From assembly GCF_963921235.1 (NCBI RefSeq), contig NC_086108.1, positions 30,878,001 to 30,942,000 on the forward strand: a DNA stretch of 64,000 nt, given 5' to 3'. The translations under genes and the position numbers were made by a program. The stretch is from Mobula hypostoma (taxonomy: Eukaryota). Each line of letters begins with the position of its first letter. Within the stretch, counting starts at the first letter, position 1. Below, in pieces: positions 50,296-62,339 of the stretch. The notes beneath the pieces are model-generated. The model was given only the letters and a program-made list of their open reading frames with translations, had not been told where the DNA came from and did not search any database.

Positions 50296-51562
50296 TGGCG
50301 CTCGACAAATCTCTAAGCAGTAGAACTCAGTTCTCAAATTTGCTGATAATTTCTGAATGGCAATTGTCAATTTAATACAGCGTGAAACAAAAAAAGTCAA
50401 ACCAATCAGTCCAGGCCAGAGTAAGTCATATTTGAAGTGCACAGTGCTGGCTTTGGATAATGACTTGAAATTGTGATCCAAATCAGGTCACTGAAACACA
50501 ATGGAGAAATATTTATACTTCACAATGGAGAGAAAGGTAACAAGATAGAGGCATGATAATGATGCAAAACTGGAAAAATAATGACTTTCATCCTCTTACA
50601 TCAAGGAGCAGATGTGATCAATTATAAATAGATAAAACCGTTAAATTACTCTAAGATGAACTATAGTTGCACAGTGCTTAAATCAAGAACTTAGTAGGAT
50701 TGACATCAGAAAGTTAGAGTGATGGAGTCATACAGTCCAGAAACAGGCCCTTCAGCCCATCATGATAGCACTGACCATTGCACTTATCTTTATTATTTCA
50801 TACACCCACATTAGGTCTGTACTCTTCTATACCTTGATAATTCAAGTTCTTGGCTAGAGGCTTCTTAAATGTGAAAATACCTGCCTCTTCTAACACTTCA
50901 AGCAGCACATTCCAGATTCCAACCAAAGCTCAAAGTAAATTTATTATCGAAGTACATACTCCTTGTGTGTAAAAATTCTCACCTATACCCTCTCTCAACA
51001 TTCACTTCACACTTTAATTCTATGCCTTCTGGTCCTAGACACCCCCACTCTAGGAAAGAAAATCTCCTGCCACCCACCCAATTCATAATCCTCATAATTC
51101 TGTAACTTCTATGAGTGAACTCCTCAACCTACTCCACTCCAAGGAAAACAAATCCAGCCTATCTAATCTCTCTTCATAATTGAAATAATACAATCCAGGA
51201 AATATAAGTTCCTCTAAGATAAAAAGTTCCACACATAACTATAACTTCCAGTAGTGAAATGGAAAGACTTATCACCACTAAATGATCAGATGAAGGTAGC
51301 TAAGGGATTTTAAGGGACTTTTGTGAGTGGCTGAATAAACTGTGGGAAAATAGTCTATTTTCTTTTATAATTACTATATCAATTGCCAATCCCTGTGTAA
51401 GCAGGCCTTACAGAATGTAGGAATAAGGCGCACAGTAAGGGGCAAGCTTTAAGGACAGATAGGGTAACAGTAAAGGGTTGATAGGGGAGGCAGGAGGGAA
51501 TCAGAGCAGTGATGGAGGAAGACAGACAAGAACAAAAGTAAGACATGAAAGGAAAAAAAGAA

Positions 51563-52036
51563 GTGAAGCTCCCTGACCGGGCGTGTATAGAAACTTGGCA
51601 CATTAGCCAGCTCTGCCAACAGCCACTGGACTCAGCAGAGAGAAGGCCAGCTTTCCCAAACAATGTATGTCTAGCGTCGGTATGATTTTGGTCTCACCAA
51701 ACAGGAAAGTTGGAATGCTTCGATTAACAGAACCCCAATTTGAGAGAATGCTGTACAAATACTGCCCATATGCAATTATCCGTCAGCAAGAAATAACAGA
51801 TCGTACACAAATACACCGAGGGTCACAAATCTCTCTAAGCGCAGCTTTCTCTAGAACTTTCTCCCAATTCCACCATCCTGATTGGCTGACACAGCTTTCC
51901 TAAGTTGAACATCACAGCCCCTTATCTTTAACTGAAACCAGGCACTATCAGCAGGACACACTGTTTCTACAGAAAGCTACTAATTGAAATACCACACAGC
52001 ATTACAGTGAAATTCTTAACCAGGGCATTCATTACA
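51563..52036 (-). mobile_element. Gypsy 3' LTR (distal boundary uncertain, about 51400-51660)
   Basis: On minus, the polypurine tract tggtagggggagaa (52050-52037) is immediately followed by TGTAAT. CCAAT box gccaatcagg lies inside. Confidence 0.65.
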
Positions 52037-55000
52037 TTCTCCCCCTACCAAAAATAATACAGTATTCAAATAAATTTCATGATTTCAAGACTCCCGATCC
52101 ATTTGTAAATGGCAGTAACATATCTCACTGTTGGAATAGATGCAACACTCTGTTTCCTTGGTGCATCATATGCTAGCCTATCTCACGGTTTCCTGATTCT
52201 CTGAGACCTTCTTATCTCATCTTCAGCTTCTTCAGCCTCAAGTACTCCTTGGGACCTTTCCTTTCTACTTGAAAATGCCTCCCCTATCCATCACTTGTAC
52301 CTTCTGGCAACTCAGGTCCCCCTGTCCCCCTGACTGAGCTCAGCTTCATCCCCAATTACATTGGAGCCCAGCTTCCCTTCACTGTCTAGCATCGCATCTG
52401 CCTGTCCACTGGTAGCCCCCCACTCCCACTACACCTGAGTCAGGGTGGGTGGGGAGATTCAGGAATCATTTCAGCAATTCTTGAGGAGTTTGCCTAAGGT
52501 AACGTATACCACACCCTGTACAGCATTCAGTGGTTGGGTCTTTTTCAGGTCTTTCCACTGATCGTTTTTCTGTTCTCCACCTTTGGTATAGTGTTCTCCT
52601 ACAAGATGTAGGGTCCATGTCAGGCTCTGTGTCAACACATACCTCCTGCCCTAGAGATCAAAGGTGATTCCAGTGGAGAATTTTGACAGGGTCATTCCCA
52701 ACTTCTGGCTTCAGCCGAAGACCGGCACATTTGGCAACAGGCTCTCCACTACATAAGGCGTAGACATCCAGTAGTCGGCCGACTTATGCTTCTTCGGTAG
52801 TTCCAAATTCTGTGTGTCCAGGCATCAGTTCAGAGGACCTAATCTTTTTATCATCTCTCCTCTTGTTCCTTTGATGTTGCTTGGTAGCAGAGACTGCTGT
52901 TAGATCATAAGCCTTTTGCAGTTCTTTCCTCATGTTAGACACACACTTAAGAAACGTCTTCTGTGACAAGTCTTCTGCGCCAGTCCCAAAATGGAGGTCT
53001 ACAGGCAATCTCACTTTGTGCCCGAACATTAAATAGTATGGCAAGTATCCAGTAGCTTCATTCTGTGTAGAGTTGCAGCAGTGGACCAAATGCCCAATAT
53101 GCTGACTCCTCTTGTTCTTTTTGCTGCTATATGGGGTTTCAAACTTGACCAACAATGTCCAGGTTAACCTTTCAGGCTGAAGATCACCCTGAGCATGATA
53201 TGGCGAGGTCCTCAACTTCTCAGCTCCAAGCATGCTCGGTACTTATGTATGAGCTGACTTTCAAAATCCTTTCCCTGATCACTGTGTATTCTTATTGAGA
53301 GGACACAATGAAAAAAATACTTCTCCCATAGCATTTTGGCAACTGTGGATGCCCTCTGATTCTTGGTGGGGAAGGCTTGAACATATCTGGTGTAGTGATC
53401 AGTGATGACCTAGACATTTGCAGCATTGAATCAGGCTGTATGGAGAGGAAATCCATATACACTAAATCAAGTGGTCCAGCACTGTGTAAATGGAGCTACT
53501 CTTGTAGGCAGCGTTTTCCTCTGAATACATCAGATGCGCGACTTACAGTACTCTTCAAACTCAGACCAATAGAACCGATCTTGGACTAATCCATAGGACT
53601 TGTTGAACCCAAATGGCCTGAATCATCATGAAACAACTTCAACACAATCCTCCAACGCTTCTCAGGCAAAAGCAACTGGGAAAGTCGAGGCCTGATTGGT
53701 GGAGACATGATCCTATACAAAACTTGGTTCCTCAACTCCAGTTTGTTCCATTCTCTCATCAGTAAGGGAATGGTAAGGTGTTCCGTCGTTTTTACGTGGG
53801 TCATATCTCCCTCTGCAACAAATGACCAACTGGCACCTGTACAAGGGTCACCTCGCTGGGCTGCTGCCAATTCTGAAGGACTCAAGGCAGGTAACTGCTT
53901 CATATCCAGAGCGTTCAAGTTGCAATAAGCTAGTGGAATGGTGCAACCAGGAGCTCACAAATGATCCACAGCTCTATCCTGCCATAACCTTGCCTCTGAT
54001 TTCCCTGTGGCAGAAAGCTGGCACATTGCTTTATAACCAGAGGCAGGAATGCTCACTCACTCTCTGTCCATTTGCAGTACCTCATGCGAATGTTCTGACT
54101 CCCCAGCCGATATTTCTTGCTGAAATGCTAAGCAGACAACGCTGCCGACCAAAAATGACCTGTGGTATCCAACTGTGCCGAGGTCAGGATATACGTCAGT
54201 GAATTATTGTCAGTCCTCACCTTGAACTTGGCCTCATACAGATAATCACTTAACTTATCTACCACAGCCCATTTCATGCCAGAAGCTCCAATTTGTGCAT
54301 AGGGTAGTTTCATTCAGAGGGTGACAGACTCCAGCTGACAAAATCAACAGGTCTCAACCCTTTACCTTGGTCCTAATATACAACACGACCTACGCCCTCA
54401 CAGTTGGCATTGGAATACAGTACATATAACAATGGGGGTTTGGAAAGGACGGCATAGGTGCTTTAGTCAGCAACTCTTTCAGCAGCTGAAAGGCCTCCTC
54501 ACATTTTGCATCCCATCTTTCTAGAAAAGGCTCTGAAGGGCTAAGATAAATGTTACTTCCTTCTCCTTTCATTTTCCTCCCTTTCTTCCCCAAGGGATGA
54601 TAACCACACAGAAGCTGATTCAAAGGGTGGCTTACTTTGGAGTTGTCCATCACAAATTTCCGGTAGTACTCACAGAATCCAAGGAATGAGCATACAGCAC
54701 TCACATTCGAGGCCTTGGTCATGTGGTCACTGCCTCTATCTTGGATGGATCAGTAACTACTCCATTTTATGAGAGCATGTGCCCAACGTAGTCTTACAGA
54801 GCTGACGCTTGTCCAGTGACAGTTTTAACCCTTCAACTTTCAGGCAGTCTAGCACCTTCTGTAGCCTCATCTCATGCTCTTCCAGGGTGGATCCAAACAA
54901 TATGAGATTATCCAACTACACCTGTACCTCAAGCAAGTTCATGTCCCCAACAGTCTTCTCCATGACAAGGTGGAAAGTAGCTGATGTTCCTGATATGCCC

Positions 55001-57620
55001 TGGGGCATTCTTTCAAACTGAAACAATCCAAGTGGACACGTGAAGGCCATCTTTTCTTTGTCAGCTTCACTCATGGGAATTTGATGATACCCACTCTTTA
55101 GGTCCAGCACACTGAACCATTTTGGTCCACTCAGGCAGGCCAAAGCATCCTCAATCCATGAAACAGTATATTGGTCAGGGACTGTAAGTCTGTTCAGTGT
55201 TCAATAGTCAATGCACATTCATATCTTCCTGTTCTTCTTCCTCATTATAACTATGGGTGACATATAAGGACTACTTGACTTAGTGGTAATTCCAGCTTCC
55301 CTCTGTTTCAGCAGATGCTGCTGAACATCTTCCACCTCTGCTGGTGCTAACCACTAACCGTCGAGACCTTTCTTGGAAAGAGGTGTCTTCTGTCACTCAG
55401 ATGGTGTGGAGAGTACCGTTGGAGAAACCCACATCAAACTCATCAGTAGAAAAGAGATCTTGAATTTTAACATCTTCTCCATCAGTCTCTTTTCCAACTC
55501 TCGGATTCGGGGAGTCGAATGATTTTTCTGTTAACTTTCCTGATCCAGAGATTGTCTCCCTCCTAGCTTTCTCACCGGAAAGCTAGACATTGCAGTCACC
55601 AGGAAAAGATGTACCATCAGCATCCCTCATCTGAGGGGGACCTCTCTTTCCAAGGTTCCTGATGATCACTGTCATCCTGTTTATGTGTACACCCAATGGC
55701 TTCTGCAGTTCAGGCCTCATAAGCACCCCAGTAGATAAGCGTGACTCTTCTTCCTGATCCTCCAGAGCATCCACCAGGATGTCCTTATCATTAGGCAATC
55801 TGGGGAATTTGAGGTTACCTGTCACTCTAGCTACTTCCCCAGGATATAACATATGATGAGTTTGGGTTGGGTGTACCACATAGTTCCTCAATTATGCTTA
55901 TCATTCTGCTTAGGAGAAACTTGCACCTTCTCAAAAACAGCTCTGTACACCGGGTGAACGGAGAACATTTTCCAAAAATTCTCTCCATTTCTCTCCTTGC
56001 AGGCTCCCATGAGCTTTCTCACAAAGGGAGTATTTGTTCCCACAATAATGGAAGCATCACACTTCTCAATTGGGTCCGGACAGACCAACAACTAATCTAT
56101 CAAGATCCTCAGCTACTCCGATATCTGCTTCAAGAAACTCCAACTCCAATGACAAGTAACCATCATGCAGATAGTTATCAGTACTAAGGCCCCATATTTC
56201 TAGGGTACTGAGTGGTGTCATTGTAAATGTGTCAAATACTAGTTATAGAAGGATCTGTACAGTAGAGTAATCAGAGAGCCTGTGTCAAGTATGGCTCTAG
56301 CATAAATATCCTCAATCTGTATGGATACACCTGAGCTTGGTTCCACACAGCCTGCCGGAATAGGGTTTTTCATTTTAGTGTATTCCATGATACATTGATT
56401 GGAACGTGTTCCCCTCAGACACTAGGCCCTTACCGGGTCTCTCCGAAGTTTCCCCACTTCCTCTTCTGTTAAAGTAACCATTGAGCCACCTTCCAAAGGT
56501 TTTCCTGCCCTTCATACTCCCGCTTGAAATATCTAATTTCACCACAGTTGTAACGGAAAATACCGGTTACTTCCCTTGTCAAGAGACCCCTGTCAGCAGC
56601 AGCCTTCTACCGGTGGGTCCAGCTTCCTATCGGCCTTGTCATGTTTTGGTGGTACCACTAGCTGACATCAACTGAGATACCTCGGCTTGCAGGTTTTTTA
56701 CTACATCCTGCAAAACCTCCACTTGTGTCGTATCAGGGGTCACTTGGGCAAAAGAGGTTACGACTGAAGACACTGCCTTTTCTGGTGGTGGCCTCCTCCT
56801 TCTCCATTGTGTTGCCTCCTCTCTTACTTCTCTCAACAGATGAGGGAAGGAGTGGTGTATTATGAGTCATTCAAATGCTTAAAGCAACCATGTTGTTGGC
56901 AGCGTGCCCTTCACCACTTGTTCCATCCTTAATCAATTTATCTGGGCCTCCTTACGACACAAGCAATGCAGATGTCTTACCCGCCTGAAAATGTAGGCAG
57001 AAAGTTTTTCCCTATTCCCCTGTAATGTGTGCCTAGACGTCATTATAAGCTCCACTGGGCCGTCCATCATGCCAAAAATGCATTGTAAAGCTTGCATGTA
57101 GCTCACAGATGTGACCAACAGGTTCTCTGCCTTTAAGGACCTCACCACCTCGGCAGCCAGACCATTTAGATTCTTTGCCAGTCACTGCCTTTTCATATTA
57201 TCTGAGCACTGCCACTTATCCAGATACTGAGATGTCTGCTCCGATAACTTTGGCACTCCACTGAACACTTTGGCATTTATCAATCAGTGATGTAATTGCA
57301 AAGCCAGCTCAGAATTTCCATCACCCGCTGAAGGACTTAATAGACCTTCCACATCATACAATTCCTTCCTCTTACTTCGCAGAAACAAGAACAAGTTGTC
57401 TTTAAAGTCTTTGCCCTCAGCTACATTCCTCTCTTCTCTAAAAGTATGGATGGCCCATGACCCCACATCTCCAGGTGCTCCAATCATACCAGGCAGCATA
57501 ATTGCTAGTCTGGACTAACACAATATATTTACCCGCTAATTGATCAAAATGCGTTCAACAAGTGTCATTTTCCCTTAGCATTCTAATCAGCAATACATCT
57601 GGGCTGCAGATATCCACAGC
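52037..57620 (-). mobile_element. Gypsy/Ty3 LTR retrotransposon internal region, decayed (gag-PR-RT-RNaseH-IN)
   Basis: PNMA-like gag (57620-56450; LQGNREKLSAYIFR, degenerate knuckle RYNCGE..FKREY). Protease AILDTGS (about 56280). RT WFSVLDLKSGYHQIPM..FERMPQG with YLDD decayed to *LDN. RNase H FKVRTDNNSLTYIL. Integrase IHSDQGKDFES, TSPYHAQGDLQPER, GPY/F-like TPYVV. Many frameshifts and stops. Confidence 0.93.
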
Positions 57621-57622
57621 CT

Positions 57623-58040
57623 GTTGACTGTAATTTTTTCCACAGGTGCTGCCTGGCCTGCTGAGATCCTCCAGCATTTTGTGTGTTTTGCTCCGATTTT
57701 TAGATTAGATTAGGTTATGAGGACACGCAGTCCTCTTTTATTGTCATTTAGTAATGCATGCATTAAGAAATGATACAATATTCCTCTGGTGTGATATCAC
57801 AGAAACACAGGACAGACCAAGACTAAAAAACTGACAAAAACCACATAATTATAACATATAGTTACAACAGTGCAAGCAATACCGTAACTTGATGAAGAAC
57901 AGGCCATGAGCACGGTAAAAAAGTTCAAAGTCTCTTGAAAGTCCCACATCTCACACAGACGGGAGATGGAAGAAAACTCTCCCTGCCATGCCTGACCACA
58001 GTCCGGTATTTCCAGCATCTGCAGATATTCTCTTGTTTGG
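57623..58040 (+). mobile_element. Short Penelope-like pLTR copy interrupted by (TCTAA)n-tailed retroposon (57700-58007)
   Basis: gttgactgta..ccacaggtgctgcctggcctgctgagatcctccagcattttgtgtg resumes at 58008 with tttccagcatctgcagatattctcttgtttg. Confidence 0.75.
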
Positions 58041-58936
58041 TGATGGGCAGAATGGCCTAACTCTGCTCCTATGTTTTGTGGTCTTATGTACTAAAATACA
58101 GTGACAATTTTGTTGTGCATGCCATCCATAAGTCACATTGTGCATTAAGATAGTACACAGAGGAAAGCAATAACAGATTGAGAGTAAAGTGTTACAGTGC
58201 AGAACCACGACAAGGTAAAATGTGAGATTAAGAGTTCATCAGACAAAAGCAGTAGGAAAAGACAGACAAGAAAGAGAGCCAGATTCAGATGCAGAATTGC
58301 TAAGCTGGCAGAGATAGTGTGAATAATATTACAATTCCACTTATTAAATGTCAATATTAAAATATCAACATCATTTGCCAAAATTCTTTCGGTTGGCACA
58401 GTAGTTCTGCTGGGGTAGCTCCTATCTCTCAGCTCGAGCGAATTGGTTTCATTCCTGATCTTTGACGTTGGCTGTATGGATGTATGGAGTTTGCAGATTT
58501 TCCGAGTGGATTTTCCCTGAGAGATTTGGTTATTTCTCACATCCCAAAAATGTACAAGTGGGTAGGTTGATAGTCACTGTGAGTTGTCCATGTTAGGTAG
58601 ATCAGTGGGAAAATTGGAGGAGGAGGAGAGTAAACAGGAGAGTGGGGGGATAAACTGGGCCAGTGAAGCATTGGTGTGAAAAGAGAACTTGATAATGAAC
58701 ACAGCCCCATTGACCTGTTTCCATGTTGTATCTATGGCTCTTGTTAAAATACCGCCACGTGGAGATATTGTTGGAAGCATTGATATAGTTGAATCATACT
58801 GAAATGACAAGCATGCTTTCTGCAATCAATTAAACATTGTTCTTTCCAAAATGTTAAAAATGCTAACCCTGGTATAATAATTTTCTCCTTTTATTCAGAG
58901 GCAAGAGATGAATGTTCATGGTCCAGAATATTGCTA

Positions 58937-59147
58937 CTCCCCCCCCCCCCCAACTCCTAGTGGAGTCATCGGGACACCATCATGACGGCGTTTTTTTGAG
59001 CAGGCTTTCTAGTTTTTATGAGTCCGAGTTGCTAGCTCGACGCTCAACCCAGCATGGATGGAAAGCGTGCAAAGGAGCCGGCTGGATTCGAACTCGGAAG
59101 CGTTCATTCCGAAGTTCGGCGCTGATGCCACTACGCCACCATCCGGC
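58937..59147 (-). mobile_element. Young tRNA-derived SINE (tRNA-Arg(TCG)-like head) with poly-G tail
   Basis: A box TGGCGTAGTGG, B box GAGTTCGAATCC, anticodon-arm-like aCTTCGGa, CpG-rich. 9-bp TSD atattgcta at 58928-58936 and 59148-59156. Confidence 0.85.
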
Positions 59148-60675
59148 ATATTGCTATTTCAGGAATACTTAAATAATTAAAATAAAGTAAAACATTACAA
59201 TGTGATGGTTTCAAATAAAAACAAAGGAATTTACTATTCAAATAAATATTAATTCTGAGTAATAGATACTACATTTAATATCAGAGGTAAGGTTCTGAGT
59301 TCAACAAAAACTGGCAAATTCTGTGTAATGGAATTTCCCTTTAATTTCCAGCATTAACTTAATTCTGATGTCAACTCTGGGGGACTGGAATCATAATGAT
59401 ATAAAAAGAGTTTGTAAGTTGCAAGTAATTGGACATCAGTCAAATCAATCTCTTGTGGGGGAAGCTTTTCAAAACAGTCACCAGGGGAAGCATTAATACA
59501 CCCTTGTGGAAGGTTAAGGTGGTCAAGAAGACCCAGCATGAATAATAGTGAGTGAATTTCATGGTCAATTGAGGGACAAAAGGCCAAGGAGGGAAATGCA
59601 TTAACATTGATCTGAGTAGATTTTCAGAAATCAATTTGTGAAGTCCCACAAAAAAGACAATTAGCAAAGTTGGGGTCTGGGGAAATAAGTGTGCAAAAGC
59701 AGTGCTACGAGTAGTCCTATGCAACAGATTCTAAATCAGTTCATGAACAGCTGTGATCTGCCTTTTCTGTGGCCTGGTGAAATCTATCTTTCATTGAATG
59801 TGAGAGGCTGGTCAGCTTGTTTGAAAAGGCTGCTCTTCAGCTTCTGGTTGCACATCCCATGTTCAGGCATTTGGTTCAGGGTAAGTGGGAGCCGATTGGT
59901 CAAAGGACTTCCTCAACCCAATCAGAACTGCCATTCATAGTATCGAACTGTCAAACATTTGTTTTAAGTAGCATTAAAAATTCATAAAAATGATAAATTT
60001 CACATCTAGGTGTCCATAGAGAGAGAACATGCAGTGCTTCTTGGACAGGTTGATATCATAGGACTGCAGAGCATTCTGGATAGCAAAGATTACAATTTAA
60101 TCTAAAACCGTAGTAAGCAGTGTATATACTTAATGTTTTAAACGAAATCTCTAGTAGTGGGGAGAGGACCTCACTTCAGGGCCCACTTATTTAACAGAAA
60201 TTAATTAACATTTTGTTAAAACCACATGTTCAATTTAGCTTAAGCTTTCAAATGTATGAAATGATATGTAGTATTACTCGTTATGCAAATGTTGATTTGA
60301 TTGATCTGTTAGTAATGAGCTTCCCAGGGTTATAAATACCCTGATTTACAGAAATAAGCCTTTAAGCAAACTCTCCCATATAGTTTAAAGTATTTTTTCA
60401 AGCTAGGAACAATAATAATAATAACATAAATGTTTCATGGTAATTATGTCAGGGTCAGGGTGATTATTCAATGAAATGAATTATGGTAAGTATATGCAAA
60501 GTAACACTATGGATAGATATAATAAACAGACATTTCTCATTAATGGAACATTCAGCTTACAGAGTGTTCTTAGGAATGGAATACTATGAAACCAAGGATT
60601 GCCTATATATTAGTAGAATTTTTTATGAATAAAGTATACTTTGAATTAAAACTTTTAGGGTCTATTCTGGAGTTA

Positions 60676-60830
60676 CAGTGCCTATGAAAAGTATTTACCC
60701 CTCCCCAGCCCCTTGGAGGTTTTCATTGTTTTACATCATTGAATCACAATGGATTTAGTTTGGCTTTTTTGACATTGATCAACAGAAAAAAACTCCTCAG
60801 TGGCAAAGTCAAAACAGATCTGTACAATCA
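60676..60830 (+). mobile_element. Tc1/mariner terminal inverted repeat remnant
   Basis: TA followed by CAGTGCCTATGAAAAGTATTTACCCC, a Tc1-type end. No partner TIR seen; it is truncated near the CR1 at 60845. Confidence 0.6.
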
Positions 60831-60844
60831 TTATTTGTAGAGTT

Positions 60845-62312
60845 AAACATAGAAACATAGAAAACCTAAAGCACAATACAGGCCCTTTGGCCCACAAAGC
60901 TGTGCCAAACATGTCCCTACCTTAGAACTACCTAGGCTTTACCTATAGCCCTTGATTTTCTAAGCTACATGTAGCCATCCAGAAGTCTCTTAAAAGACTC
61001 TATCGTGTTCACTCCAACACTGCCGCTGGCAGCCCATTCCATGCACTCACCACTCTGTGTGTAAAAAAACTTACCCCTGACATCTCCTCTGTACCTACTT
61101 CCAAGCACGTTAAAACTATGCCCTCTCATGCTAGCCATTTCGGCCCTGGAAAAAAGCCTCTGACTATTCACACAATCAATGCCTCCGTATGCCTTCTTAA
61201 CCACAGAGTCAACCTGTGTAGCAGCTTTGAGTGTCCTATGGACTTGGATCCCAAGATCCCTCTGATCCTCCACACTGCCAAGAGTCTTACCATTAATACT
61301 ATATTCTGCCATCATATTTGACCTACCAAAATCAACCACTTCACACTTTTCTGGGTTAAACTCCATTTGCCACTTCTCAGCCCAGTTTTGCATTCTATCA
61401 ATGTCCCATTGTAACCGCCGACAGCCCTCCACACTATCCACAACACCCCCAGCCTTTGTGTCAATAGCAAATTTACTAACCCATCCCTCCACATCCTCAT
61501 GCAGGTCATTTATAAAAATCACGAAGAGCAGGGGTCCCTGAACAGATCCCTGAGGCACACCACAGGTGACTGACCTCCATGCAGAATATGACACGTCTAC
61601 AACCACTCTTTGCCTTCTGTGGGCAAGCCAGTTCTGAATCCACAAAGCAATGTCCCCTTGGATCCCATGCCTCCTTACTTTCTCAGTAAGCCTTGCATGG
61701 GGTACCTTATCAAATGCCTTGCTGAAATCCATACACACTACATCTACTGCTCTACCTTCATCAACGTTTTTAGTCACATCCTCGAAAAATTCAATCAGGC
61801 TCATAATGCCTGTGACAAAGCCATGCTGACTATTCTTAATCATATTATGCCTCTCCAAATGTTCATAAATACTGCCTCTCAGGATCTTCTCCATTAACTT
61901 ACCAACCATTGAAGTAAGACTCACTGGTCTATAATTTCTTGGGGTAATCCTACTCCCTTTCTTGAATAAGGGAACAACATCTGCAACTTTCCAATCCTCC
62001 GGAACCTCTCCCATCCTCATTGATGATGCAAAGATCATTGCCAGAGGCTCAGAAATCTCCTCCCTCACTTCCAATAGTAGCCTGGGGTACATCCTGTCCG
62101 GTCCCAGTGACTTATCCAACTTGATGCTTTCCAAAACCTCCAGCACATCCTTTTTTTTAATATCTACATGCTCAAGCTTTTCAGTCCACTGCAAGCTATC
62201 CCCACAATCGCCAAGATCCTCTTCCACAGTGAATACTGAAGCAAAATGTTCATTAAGTACCTCCCCTATTTCCTTCGGTTCCATACACACTTTTCCATTG
62301 TCACACTTGATT
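60845..62312 (-). mobile_element. CR1 LINE, 5'-truncated, with 441-codon RT ORF remnant (60965-62290)
   Basis: NYRPVSLTS, DFSKAFDKVPH, GVPQGSVQGPLLF; catalytic FADD mutated to FAID; internal deletion near 61185; (CTATGTTT)-type tail at 60845-60862. Confidence 0.95.
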
Positions 62313-62339
62313 CAGGAACTGCAAGTGTAAAACTTGCAG

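Noticed and set aside
56450..57620. Domesticated PNMA-like host gene
   Set aside because: It is frameshifted and contiguous with a decayed Gypsy pol.
59075..59147. Possible true tRNA-Arg(TCG) gene
   Set aside because: The anticodon and T stems do not pair properly, and the sequence is the head of a TSD-bounded SINE.
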